From Eledone cirrhosa (lineage: Eukaryota), in contig OZ024742.1 of assembly GCA_964016885.1 (NCBI GenBank), forward strand, positions 362,204,001-362,268,000: DNA of 64,000 nt. Direction: 5' to 3'. Shown here in pieces: positions 24,621 through 38,740 of this stretch. The position numbers were made by a program, and so were the translations under genes. The notes below the pieces were generated by a model. The model saw only the letters and a program-made list of their open reading frames with translations, searched no databases and was not told where the DNA came from. Numbering within the stretch: position 1 is the first letter of the stretch; each line of letters opens with the position of its first letter.

Positions 24621-25217
24621 AAAGAATAGAGGTGTAACACACAAGTTATTATATATTGGTAAACGGAATAGAAAATGCTGACAAATTGTTCACAGTTGAA
24701 AAATGGTTTAATTAGGAATAAAAGAGTATTAGTGATTGTATGGGTTAGTATTCAGTTGTGGTTTTAAGTTTTTAAGTTTTTACCGGTTGCGCATTTCTAA
24801 ATGCTTTTCAAAAATAATTTTGAGATAGAGTGTCCGTGCTGTTTGCTCTGTTCTGATTAGTTTTGGGAATTCTACAGTCTTGGCGCAAAATCAACTTTTT
24901 ACATTCACATGACCTCTACCGACCAATCAAAATTGTTTTGACCACAAGCATTTTTACAACACAAAAATAACGCTGGAGCCATTTTTTTAACATAAAAACA
25001 GGTAGAATTCCCAAAACTAATCAGAACAGAGCAAACAGCACGGACACTCTATCTCAAAATTATTTTTGAAAAGCATTTAGAAATGCGCAACCGGTAAAAA
25101 CTTAAAAACTTAAAACCACAACTGAATACTAACCCATACAATCACTAATACTCTTTTATTCCTAATTAAACCATTTTTCAACTGTGAACAATTTGTCAGC
25201 ATTTTCTATTCCGTTTA

Positions 25218-25222
<5 letters not shown>
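24617..25222. mobile_element. HHR-variant family H2 fold-back element, copy 2
   Basis: Inverted arms about 24657-24873 and 25002-25222. TTGAAAA GCATTT ag AAATGC GCAA CCGG TA in both arms (24777-24814 -, 25063-25100 +). (TA)n on both sides. Confidence 0.7.
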
Positions 25223-25269
<47 letters not shown>

Positions 25270-25796
25270 TATGTATATATACACAAACACCTATGCATAT
25301 ATATCCCCATACAATACAATAGGGTGGCAATACTGTGAAACATACATACATACATATATAAATACAAACACCTATACATATATATACATATACCCCATAC
25401 TATAGAGATACTATAGAGATACATATATATATGCATACATTCACCTACACATATATATATACACCCACACACATATGTATACAAACACATACACCCACAC
25501 ATATATAAATATATAGAAACCCCTATACATATATACACATATACCCCCATACTATAGAGATACAATATAGTGTAGCACATACATACATGCACACATATAT
25601 ATATATATATATATACAAACACATACACACACACACATATATATACAAACACACTTATATATCTACCCCCACACCATAGAGAGAGACAATACTGTGAAGC
25701 CATTACTAACTACAATTCCATCTTATTTCATTGTTTAATCATTTTCCTCATTAAATTATTACATGGAAATTTTCTAAATATTCCAATCAGAAGACA

Positions 25797-25800
25797 TACC

Positions 25801-25856
<56 letters not shown>

Positions 25857-26028
25857 AACAACAACAACCACCACCACCACCACCACCACTATTAGTACTA
25901 TAACTACTACTACTACTACTACTACTAATACAACCACCACCACCATCACTACTACCCCCCCACCACTACTACTACTAATACTACTACTACAACAACTACT
26001 AGTACTACTACTACTACCACCACCACCG

Positions 26029-26091
<63 letters not shown>

Positions 26092-27150
26092 TAACCACCG
26101 TCACTACTACTACTACTACTACCACTATTATTACCACTAGTACTACCACTACTACTACCACTATAAACACCACTACTACTACCATTACTACTACCACTAC
26201 CATCACTACGACGACCGCTACTATTAATACTATCAGCACTACCACCCTCCCTACTACTAGCACCAACAACAACACTAATAACAACACCATCACCATCATC
26301 TCTACCACCACCAACAACACTAATAACAACACCATCACCATCATCTCTACCCCCACCAACAACACTGATAACAACACCATCACCATCATCTCTACCACCA
26401 ACAACAACACTAATAACAACACCATCACCATCACCATCATCTCTACCACCACCAACAACACTAATAACAACACCATCACCATCATCTCTACCCCCAACAA
26501 CAACACTAATAACAACACCATCACCATCATCTCTACCCCCACCAACAACACTAATAACAACACCATCACCATCACCATCATCTCTACCACCAACAACAAC
26601 ACTAATAACAACACCATCACCATCACCATCATCTCTACCACCAACAACAACACTAATAACAACACCATCACCATCATCTCTACCCCCACCAACAACACTA
26701 ATAACAACACCATCACCATCACCATCATCTCTACCACCAACAACAACACTAATAACAACACCATCACCATCATCTCTACCACCACCAACAACACTAATAA
26801 CAACACCATCACCATCATCTCTACCACCACCAACAACACTAATAACAACACCATCACCATCATCTCTACCACCACCAACAACACTAATAACAACACCATC
26901 ACCATCATCTCTACCACCACCAACAACACCCTCACCCTCACCATCACCATCATCTCTACCAACAACAACAACACCATCACCATCACCATCATCTATAGCA
27001 CCAACAACAACCTCACCCTCACCATCACCATCATCTCTACCAACAACAACAACAGTAACAACATCACCATCATCTATAGCACCAACAACACCCTCACCAT
27101 CACCATCACCATCATCCCTACCAACAACAGTAACAGTAACAACAACATCG
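25797..27150. repeat. (ACT/ACC)n low-complexity tract and 45-51 bp minisatellite
   Basis: Unit aacactaataacaacaccatcaccatcatctctaccaccaccaac repeated more than 12 times from about 26270. Confidence 0.9.
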
Positions 27151-27373
27151 ATAACAAGACAACAGTTAGCAGACGACAATAAACTCAATTGAAGAAATAA
27201 TATTTCAATAATTTCAGAATTGTTTTATTGTTCTTGGAATTATAATTGTGATTGGAAATTATTATTGAAATTCTTAAGTTTGTTTCGATCAGAATTATGA
27301 AATATTGAGGCAGAATTATGGTCTTTGATTGTAACATATTGTTTCCTCCTGAAAAAATACATATATATATCTA

Positions 27374-27422
<49 letters not shown>

Positions 27423-27474
27423 GCGCGCACACATATATATATATATATATGTGTACGTATATATATGTATGTAC

Positions 27475-27518
<44 letters not shown>

Positions 27519-27670
27519 GTACATACATATATATACGTACACACACATATATATATAACTACATACATATATATATGTACGCATATATATACGAACAAAC
27601 ACATATAAAACATTTATATTAATTATCAATATGAATATTCCTAAGTTACTGTACACGTATTTATATATAT

Positions 27671-27735
<65 letters not shown>

Positions 27736-28340
27736 TTTTGAGTATATGTTGGTTATATACCAACATCTCAGTATGCAGGCTGGAGCACTCGACGAAGTGC
27801 GCAGGGTGGTTTGGTTACTCCGGAGTAATGTAAAATAAAGTTAAATAAAAAGTCAAATGTTTAAAATTTAGCTTCGTTTATTACTGCTATATATATTTCG
27901 GTGACAACTATCTTTGGCTGTGACCTCTTCAGGCAGTCCGAATTAGTGTGGTATAGACAAGTACATATGTTGTTGAGGTGTATAATTTTGTCAATACTCT
28001 GATATGTCCAGTTCCTGGTTGGGTTGTTATTTCACTGAGGAACGGGAATCATATGAATTCAAACAAACGAATTTCAGTGTCAAAGGGCCTCTTCTCCTCT
28101 CATTGGTCAGTTGTTAGAACATTCCTCATTCTAAGTGTTGTTATTGTTGGAGTTAGCTTAAAAAATTGATAAAGTGGTAGAAGGAACAATGTGGTAAAGG
28201 AACAAAATAACAAAAAAAAGTGTCAAACTTCCCATTGCTCAGTTTTGAGAGCATTCCTCAGTCAGAAGTCTATAGAATTCTTTCTGGGGTGAGGCTACCT
28301 GTAGTGTTTGACAAACACCACTCACAATCAATTATCTTGG
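27736..28340 (-). mobile_element. HHR family H1 copy (longer)
   Basis: Matches 16482-16870 and 51121-51435. HHR at 27883-27937(-). The extent beyond about 28055 is uncertain. Confidence 0.7.
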
Positions 28341-28370
28341 TGTTACCATTCACTATTTTCTATATGTATA

Positions 28371-28429
<59 letters not shown>

Positions 28430-28752
28430 GCTTTAATTCCTTTAAATTTTCATCAAAACTCCTTCACTCCCACACTCATTAACATCAAGAGAGACACATC
28501 CAAATCTCTCTTATATAGAGAGTCATACATCACAACACAACCTGATTTCAGTTTGACAATCGCCACCGACGAATGCGAGACAGTTCTCCAGGAAAGTTAA
28601 CCAGGAATCTTTAAAAATCTTCCCACCGAAGTTAACAAAGTACTTACTAGATCTACCAACTGATAATATTATTATATTATAAAAATAAAATTAAATCAAA
28701 TTGTTTAGAACTACAAGTGAAGTCATTCTTTTCCTTTTTAAAAATATATATG

Positions 28753-28784
<32 letters not shown>

Positions 28785-28894
28785 AATATGTATAGAAATT
28801 TCGTATTTCTAAAGAAACACGGTTTTAGGAAGCCGTAGCGATGCAAACACCGGGGCTAACGCCCTCCGGTGGTGTCCAGCAGAAGCAAGGGGCA

Positions 28895-28938
28895 ACCGTC
28901 TATGCATTTCTGGCTTGACTGGCCTTCGTCAGCACGGT
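28895..28938 (-). ncRNA. Type I hammerhead ribozyme motif (family H4)
   Basis: ACCGTg CTGACGA A GGC cagtcaa GCC A GAAA TGCA TA gACGGT, inside a GC-richer island (28790-29072) between (TA)n and (GA)n. Confidence 0.65.
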
Positions 28939-29070
28939 CCCTCCCACCGCTTGCAGCTGCTGGACTTGAAAACAGTCGAGAATATATAGTTTCCTCGTCT
29001 GTGTAAATGAGGTGATTAATCTCATTTGCATATGAAGGTGCATAAGTTGGCTCAATAGATTAATCACCTC

Positions 29071-29193
<123 letters not shown>

Positions 29194-29479
29194 ATTCTTT
29201 TGTATGTTATGATAATTCTCAGCAACAACAGACATACCAGGCGTGTTCCGTTGTTTCTGCTTAAACCGCAGTTTATAAAATTTATAATATGATAAATATA
29301 TCCCATAATTTCGATGAATAGATGTAAGCATTCTTTTCTCACTACTTTCTGAGGTCATCGAAAACAATGACTGCATTTTTTATTTTATTTTGCCATCAAC
29401 GCCTTTTTTTTATTTTTCATTTTGTATTGTCACATGTAGAGTCCATGTGAGTGGCAGCTTTAACATTCAGTAACCAGAA

Positions 29480-29988
29480 TAATTTAGGTAAGGGTAAAAG
29501 CAAAACTCGCTCTCTTCAATTCGGTATTGGTGCCAACCCTTAGCTATGGCCCTGAATCTTGGACAATGACCGAAAGAATACGATCGCGAATAAAAGCCGA
29601 AATGGGATTCCTCCGAAGAGTCCCTTGAGTAACGTTACTCGATAAAGTACGTAAGAACCACTACTTCTCCGAATTGAGAGATCACAGCTCCGATACTATG
29701 GACATGTGGTTAGAATGTCCTAGGACAGAAACACTGGACAGATTTTACAGGCAAAACCAACTGCAGGACACCCAGGTGTAGACGCCGAGCATGATGGTGG
29801 GAAAACATCCACGTGCTTGGCTGATCTCGCTTGGGGAAGCTGCCGGATCAGTTGTAGACGGTTGCTTGTGACAGGACCTACTGGAAGGAGTGTTTGAGGA
29901 CTCTGACCCCATGATCCTCTCAGGCATAAATGAACAAAGAAGAAGAAGAAGAAGAAGAAGAAGAAGAAGAAGAAGAAGAAGAAGAAGA
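29480..29988 (+). mobile_element. RTE-clade LINE 3' fragment with (AAG)n tail
   Basis: Manual translation LFNSVLVPTLSYGPESWTMT...EMGFLRR...IERSQLRYYGHVVRM. Confidence 0.75.
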
Positions 29989-29989
29989 A

Positions 29990-30530
29990 TGATTTCTACT
30001 ATAGGCACAAGTCCAGCAAATTTGGCGGCGAGGGGAAAGTCGATTAAATCAACCCCAGTGCGTGAATGGTCCTTTTTTATCGACCCCGTAAGGATGAAAG
30101 GTAAATCACAACTCAGCGTGATTTGAACTCATTGGTCGACACTACCAATCCATCGCCTTAATAATTGTTGCTACTTTTTGGCACAAGGCCAGCAAATACC
30201 CAGTGCATTACTGGTACTTTATTCTATCGAACCCGTAAGGATGAAAGGCAAAGTTAACCTCGGCGGGATTCGAACTCAGAATGGCAAGGGCCGTAACTCT
30301 AATAATAATGGTTTCTTATATAGGCACAAGGGCAACAATTTTGGGGGCGGGGAAAGTCGATTAAAACGACCCCAGTGCGTGACTGGTACCTTATTTTATC
30401 GACCCCGTAAGGACGAAAGGCAAAGTTAACCTCAGCGGGATTTGAACTCAGAACATAAAGGGCTGTAACTCTATGCTGAAAAGCATCTTGTCCGACGCCC
30501 TACCGACACTACCAATCCATCGCCTCAATA
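29990..30530 (-). mobile_element. Three tandem/partial tRNA-derived SINEs with a Nin/Deu-like central domain
   Basis: Minus strand B-box gagttcaaatcc plus ttgcctttcatccttacggggtcgataaaataaggtaccag. Same family as 34490, 35763 and 60540. Confidence 0.8.
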
Positions 30531-31449
30531 ATAATAATAATAATGATAAGAAGAAGAATTTTGTATTTTTCTTATGTGTTATGTTATTGTTAAACTACTT
30601 ACGGTTTCACCCCTTCTAAATACCAATTCTATTTTACAATTCTGTTTTTGTATTTATATATGCTTCCATATTACTTAAAACAAGTTTTGTCTGGAAAGAT
30701 AAATATCATTTCTACGATGTTGTATTCTTTTTATCCTCCTAAAATGTCGTATGTTTATTTTTTCTCTCAGTATAGTATTATTTACGGAGACCTTTTGCTG
30801 CGGTTTATTAAGAGACGATGGACGGCAGAACCGAGAAGAAAATACAAAAACGACTAAACCGTAAAATACTACTTGATTGAACATAAGTAGGTCTGTGGCT
30901 GGTGAAGTATTATTTATTAACAAGTCTGCGCTGTAATTCTTTTTTGCTGTTGGTTAATGTCGAGAAGATGATGATGATATAGTCGATGGATGGCCGAAAT
31001 CATTTGAAAATTTCACGACGCAGTTTCTAACTTAATCACAAGGCTGGCAATTGGAGCAGTCGATCCCGATCCTAGGGCTTGACTGGTTGACACACGCACA
31101 CACGTACACACACACGCACACACACACGCACACACACACACACATACCCCCCCCCCCCCAAACACACATTTATATATATATAGAGAGAGAGAGCGAGAAC
31201 GACTCACACACACAAAGACATATATATATACATAACTGCAAGCCTATTATCACAGAGAGTTTGAAACGCCTTGATATTGTCAGTGTTTTCGAGATTTTCA
31301 CGTCTACTGCTGGAGCTGGTTGGGTGATTTTTATGAGCTGGACTACAATTAGTGAAGCTGAACTTGGATCTTATTAGTCAATAGTCAGACTAACACTCAC
31401 TCACCAATTGAGTAGTAACGTGTGATTTTTATATCATTCCTGAATGATT

Positions 31450-31855
31450 ATATTCCTGAATGATTTATATGTTTGTAAATAATTTTGTGTTGGTTAGGAA
31501 GCTGTAAGAATGTGTTGGTAATCAATAGTCCGTACTCGCTACAAAGGGATAGCAGTAAGTAGCCATTTGAGTTGGCCTTGCCAGCCCTAAACTTCCTGAC
31601 CAAACTACCCCATACTGATGTATCACATCCCACACGTGCATTACAATCACCCAACAGAAGGAGTTTATCATGGAAATACTTCTCAACTCACAGCGTAACT
31701 TGGAATAGAATTGCTCCCTAGTTTCATCACTAGACTTCATGGAAGGAGTATAGGAACTTAACATGGTTGAATACTTGTTTCTAGCAATGCAAATGCGCAT
31801 CTGACATGTTCCATCTCTTAAAATGTCTGCAGGACAGCTGCAGGCCTCAACAGAC
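31450..31855 (-). pseudogene. RTE-clade APE endonuclease fragment
   Basis: GDCNARVG...GKANSNGYLLLSLCSEYGLLITNTF, homologous to the 58880-59760 APE. Confidence 0.7.
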
Positions 31856-31944
31856 ATATGTGCGTCATGGAATATAAACGCACTAAAAATTCGTTTGTAT
31901 TATATTTTTCCTTAAAAAAAAAATCCTTGCGACGAGAGAATCTA

Positions 31945-32054
<110 letters not shown>

Positions 32055-32216
32055 CCAATAACTTACCTGGGCGGCAGATATCTTGTCTTTAAAGCATAGA
32101 GATATCCGAGACCTCCAGTAGACAACTGATGAAGAAAACTCCCCCCTCTGTTCTTGCTTTCTTCGTATTTCCACTGCATTTTAAGTTACCTTAAATATCA
32201 ACTACACAGCCATTTC

Positions 32217-33275
<1,059 letters not shown>

Positions 33276-33349
33276 ACATACATATATATATATACATACA
33301 TACATACATATATATATATATATAAATATATATATATATATGTATGTAT

Positions 33350-33560
33350 GTAAAGGGTAAACAGAAATAACAACACAATTGGTACAGTATATGGAAGGGA
33401 TATATTAGGTTAACGCGTTGAAATAGCAGGAAGAGGGACTTAACGTTTCGGACGCTATTCCTTAATCAGAAGAAAGAATGAGAAATAAGATTGATCGACT
33501 GGACGGGCGGGTTGGAATAGGAGAAAAAAATGTCTTTAAACAAAAATAATAGGTCCATTC
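33350..33560 (-). mobile_element. Short HHR-bearing element (family H5)
   Basis: 33439-33472(-): CTT CTGATTA A GGA atagcg TCC GAAA CG TT AAG (G8 mutated). A related copy at about 36130-36325(+) has lost the GAAA segment. Confidence 0.55.
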
Positions 33561-33683
33561 ATATATATAGAGAGAGAGGGAGTCGAATAAGAAGAGAGAT
33601 AAGGGTAGGTGAAGAAGTTATTACAGCTCAAAATATGAGATTTATGACAGTAAACTACTGAGAAGGCTACAAACAATTCTATT

Positions 33684-33723
<40 letters not shown>

Positions 33724-34489
33724 TGTATTTGTGGGGAAGGTCTGTCCGTGGCTGTCTGCTTTAATTTATATCACGTAATGTAGCTAGCTGTTCAACAAAA
33801 ACTCTCGGACTTGAAAAAGAAATGCACCGTATTTGCTATAATGGATTATATATCTTCAAGACGGTGCTCCAGCTTAGTCGCAGCCTAATAACTGACACCA
33901 GTTAATAGATAAATAAATAAAACAATATAGAGATACTTGTATTAGATCAATCTCTGTTTAATTCGTTGACTACATTTCTATTTGTTTGTTTTTTATTCGT
34001 TAATTCTTTGTTTTTCGTTAGCTTTTCCCGTCTTTGAAACTCGGAATTCATAATCCTGCCATTAAGAGATTGACTGTATGCCGTCTTTTACGTGTCATTT
34101 GGAAACAACTAATGCAAGAATGACACGGCTTATGTCAGATAGCTTTCCAAAACGGCAATTAGTATATTTTTTTCAAAATTAAATGCTTAAACAACATTTC
34201 GTTTCATGTCAGATTGCAATAAACTTCTCATTTTCTGTTATAAAATGTTAACTATCTTTATAATCAAAGATTGTGTTTATTTAATTAAGCTTCTTTCTCT
34301 TTATTGACTCCGTCAAATCGAAGTTTCCTGTGTAAGTCATGATGTATGGCATAGTGGTTAAAGTATTCGACTCAGCATAGTAGGCAATGAGATCGATTCT
34401 ATGACTGGGCGAAATGTTGCGTTATTGAGAAATATCTTGCTATTTATTCAACAACTCTTATAAGGCTAACTGAAAACTATTATTTTGTG

Positions 34490-34680
34490 CGCGATGAATT
34501 GGCAGTATCGGTAGAGAGTCGGACGCCTTGCTTTGACGCATAGAGTTACGGCCCTTGCCATTCTGAGTTCAAATCCCGCCGAGGTTAACTTTGCCTTTCA
34601 TCCTTACGGGTTCGATAAAATAAAGTATCAGTAATGTACTGGTTAATTGCTGGCCTTGTGCCAATAGTAGAAACAATTAT
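34490..34680 (+). mobile_element. tRNA-derived SINE (Nin/Deu-like domain)
   Basis: tggcagtatcgg A-box-like, gagttcaaatccc B-box, ttgcctttcatccttacgggttcgataaaataaagtatcag. Confidence 0.8.
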
Positions 34681-34764
34681 TTTGTGCGCGAGTTTATCAA
34701 CAATCACACCTTAATCCCCGTAGTAAGTGGGTATATATATATATATATATATTATATATATTGG

Positions 34765-35090
34765 GTAAAGGCACCCTTCGATCATGGATGACTCTGGGAT
34801 TTGCACTTTGAAAGTTTCCCTCCGAGGCACAAGTCCGGGCAAGGTTGTTTGTGGAAGACCAGTAGTTGGCCATGCATAACAGCCTTCCCTCTCTACACCA
34901 TCGATGTTGGCGAAGGGAAAAGTTATGGCCGATACAGCTAGTGACTTCGCAACTCATTTCTACAGGTGAGTGGAATGGAGCAATATGAAAAAAGTGTCTT
35001 ACTGAAGGACAACGCATGTCTGAAAATCGAACTCACGACCTCCCGATTGTAAGCTCAATGCTCTAACCACTAAGCCATACGCCTTCACAC
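34765..35090 (-). mobile_element. Second tRNA-derived SINE family
   Basis: Minus strand: A-box TGGCTTAGTGG, B-box GAGTTCGATT, then ccttcagtaagacacttt core and an RTE-like tail. Confidence 0.75.
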
Positions 35091-35119
35091 ACACATTTAT
35101 ATATATATAAAGGGAGAGA

Positions 35120-35155
<36 letters not shown>

Positions 35156-35762
35156 AACAGAGAGAGAGAGAGAGAGAGAGTATTTATTGCATAAATGCCC
35201 ACGATTCAAACAAAATGACAACCAGAAAAAAACATGAAATGCTGTTAACAACCCACCCCATTGCACTACACTATACCATCTATATTGCCGAAAACTTCAT
35301 GTAGAATAAGTCACGCATGATGATAAGCATATCGACACTACCAGCAGATGTGGCACATCACAATAACCAACAAAAGGCCTACACAGCAGGCTGGAAACAT
35401 CCGCCAAATTTATCCAAATGTTAATCTACCCTGAACCAATCCCCTAAACAACAGCTACGGAACATGCTCACTCAATAATACCAAAAGAAAAAACAAATCT
35501 CTTATACCAACAGAACCATTTATTTAATCTTGCCCCATAGTCAGTGGACCCCAGATGAAAGAACTAGCGGTTAGTCCTTGTCTCATGACTCTGTGGCGAA
35601 ACTCCAGAGTAACAAGACCCACTATTTAGCTTTAATAGAATGTGTGTTTGTGAGTGTGTATATATATACATATACATACATACAAACACACACACACACA
35701 CACACAAACACACAAAACACACACACACAGACACACACACACACACACATACACATATATAT

Positions 35763-35953
35763 AAATAATTGTTTCTACTTTTGGCACAAGGCCAACAATT
35801 ACCCAGTATATTACTGGTACTTTATTTTATCGACCCCGTAAGGATGAAAGGCAAAGTTAACCTCAGCGGGATTTGAACTCAGACCATAAAGGGCCGTAAC
35901 TCTTTGCTGCAAAGCATGGCGTCAGACCCTCTACCGATACTACCAATCCACCA
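35763..35953 (-). mobile_element. tRNA-derived SINE (Nin/Deu-like domain)
   Basis: Reverse complement of the 34490 family. Confidence 0.8.
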
Positions 35954-36333
35954 CACATATATATAAAAAATGATAGTGAGTAAAATCGAAGTTGCAGCTG
36001 CGGCTAGCATCTTTCGAAAGAACAATCCTCAAGCACTCAATGAGATGATATCGATAAATCGATAAATTAAAGCTCAGGGTAATAAACATACGTTAAATGT
36101 GTGACAAATAGAAAATTGTGGCCGGCTAAAAAATGAATGGACCTGTTATTTTTATCTAGACATTTTTTCCAATTCCTCCCGTCCCTTCAATCTATCTAAA
36201 TTCTCATTCTTTCTTCTAATGAAGGACTAGCGTTAAGACCCTCGTCCTGCTATTTCATGCGTTAACCTAATATTTTCTTTCCATATACTGAACCGATTGA
36301 GTTGTTATTTCTGTTTACCCTTTACATACATAC

Positions 36334-36445
<112 letters not shown>

Positions 36446-37655
36446 CCGTTAGACCTGTGCGAAATTCCTTCCTTGCTCACATTTCAACCAGGTTTGATGG
36501 TCTTTATTCTCTCTCGTTCACGATTTCACCGAACTTATATTCATGGAAATTTGGGACTTGACTCGTTCTTCCTCACTTTTCGTTGCTTCACCATCTTTGT
36601 TTGTTTACACTCTCGCTGTTCCCTTTATTTACATGTCCCAACGACTTTCTTTAGCCGTTGCTCGCACCAACCGGAGGTATATGGTCTTTAAAGCGAAGAA
36701 ATACCAATGATGGTTGGAAGATCACTGATGAAGGACCACTTTATTTATATATATATATATATATTTGTGTATAGTGGTAGCTACGGTGCTTCCGTAGGCG
36801 GTATGCCAAAATTAGCACTCGATATTCATCAGAGTAGAGTGTTATATTATCAAGAAAACGAAAAATCAGTGATGCATCTGGACTTAGTTTATTTCGTGTT
36901 ACAAATGTTTCGCCGGCATGTAGTTCGAGTCATGGTCCTTGTATGGATCTAGCCGATTCTACTTCTGCGGGTTCTTCAGACACGTCTGTTATGTCCGGAG
37001 CAAATTTTATCACTGGGGTGTTGTCATCAAAACAACCCCTCAAAAAAACCCTCTTTCCACTCTTGCCATGCCATTGGCTGTTTTTACTTCACGTCATCAC
37101 AAGTTCTGGTCAGTATCTGCTGCCACACGGTTCATCAACTATTTTCCGTCCGACATATTTCAATGGAAATCATGCTGGGTTCAGTACTTCACACGTCTGC
37201 TCACACTTCAGAGTAAGCACACACACATACTAGAATAAACAGATAGTAACACACACATATATATACTTAGACATACACCTATCTATGCATTCACACTCGT
37301 AGGTCTACATGCTCAGACACCCACACCGCCACATACATACATCGCAGTATATATACTCGCACACCCTCTCTCCCTCTCTCCCATGGGCCCAGTCACACAC
37401 ACTTGTTGATACATACCGCCACGAGCCTTCTGACTGTTCTGTATCAATTGGGTAAGCATGTCATATTCAAACGTACACATATATACATACACATGCGCGC
37501 ACGCACACATACGGCCAACCTTCTATACATTTAAATATATATATATATGTATATATATACACACGCTCATACACACTCTCATACACACATACATTCACAT
37601 ACATACATATATACGCACATGTGCATACACAGATATACATACACACCTAGGATTT

Positions 37656-37716
37656 TTTCATTCTGATGAATGAAAGTAAATATCGTTTGCTTTCAAGAAA
37701 CTACTGGTAAATGAAA
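37656..37716 (+). ncRNA. Type I hammerhead ribozyme with canonical core (family H6)
   Basis: TTTCATT CTGATGA a TGAAAGTAAA tatcg TTTGCTTTCA a GAAA CTACTGG TA AATGAAA: 7-bp stem I, 10-bp stem II, GUA site at 37707-37709. Confidence 0.75.
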
Positions 37717-38257
37717 CGACTATCCTATGTTGTTCATTACATAACTATATGTATATATATACATATATATACACACACACATACATACATACACTCACAT
37801 ACATACACAAACGTAATCTCACACATGTCCACACACACATACGAACACATACGTACATAAACATTGCCTACACACGGACCTACACACACACAGACACATA
37901 TATATATATATATTTTTTTTTTATATAAGTATATACATATAGATATATACACACAAAAGATAAAGAAAAAGAAAAAAGGACAACTTAACATGCATACGCA
38001 TATCTACACATATACATAGAAATACCCACACCTAGACCGAACTACATACATCTACACATGCGTGCGCATACATGCTGCCGCATGTATACACTTGCACACA
38101 TGCACATCTGCCTACCCACACGGAAGTGCCACCACATATACATGTACATATATAAACCTCACCTGTAAGTGAACAGTTGAAAATACATTATGCAAGATAG
38201 AATATGCGATATTATGCGAGATAGAATCCCGTCTTACAGACGTGTTTTGAAACCCTT

Positions 38258-38428
38258 AATGAGGTATCCTCTTGATAAGTCGGCAGACCTCACAAAAATT
38301 CTATATCTCTGTGATGTATTGTTTTTGATTATGCCACGAAACTACGTAGTCGAGGAATTTAGAAGCAGTTTAGGTATGATACATCTTATTACTAATTATA
38401 TCTAATGTTTCTTCTCTCTTCATAATGT
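38258..38428 (+). mobile_element. HHR family H7 solo copy (U3-A8 core)
   Basis: 38267-38356: TCCTC TTGATAA GTcGGCA...TGCCAC GAAA CTACGTAG TC GAGGA. Confidence 0.75.
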
Positions 38429-38464
38429 ACTATATATATATATATATATATATACATATATATA

Positions 38465-38522
<58 letters not shown>

Positions 38523-38526
<4 letters not shown>

Positions 38527-38714
38527 AACAAATAAGACCCCGACGGCTGAGCTCAAGCCGTCTCGACGGCTAATTCAGTCCAGAATTAGCCGTCGAAACG
38601 GCTTGAGCTCAGCCGTCGGGGTCTTATTTGTTCCTATTACCCACTCTACTACCCTAAGTATTGAGTACTTTGGTGCGTTATGGTCCACTTGGTTCCTTAC
38701 CACATTTCCTTCGT
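38523..38714 (+). mobile_element. About 190-bp hairpin element in (TA)n (family H8, HHR 3' half folded back at stem II)
   Basis: Near-perfect inverted repeat 38523-38636 containing GAAA CGGCT tgagctc AGCCG TC GGGG, with tail actctactaccctaagtattgagtact. Confidence 0.7.
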
Positions 38715-38740
38715 TATATATATATATATATATATATATA

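Noticed and set aside
26270-27150. Regular repeats as a CRISPR array
   Set aside because: No unique spacers, no cas genes, eukaryotic context.
30598-30866. tacggttt...aaaccgta as MITE terminal inverted repeats
   Set aside because: Only about 9 bp and no second full copy in the window.
35020-35090. tRNA gene
   Set aside because: A and B boxes continue into a SINE body and there is no complete cloverleaf.
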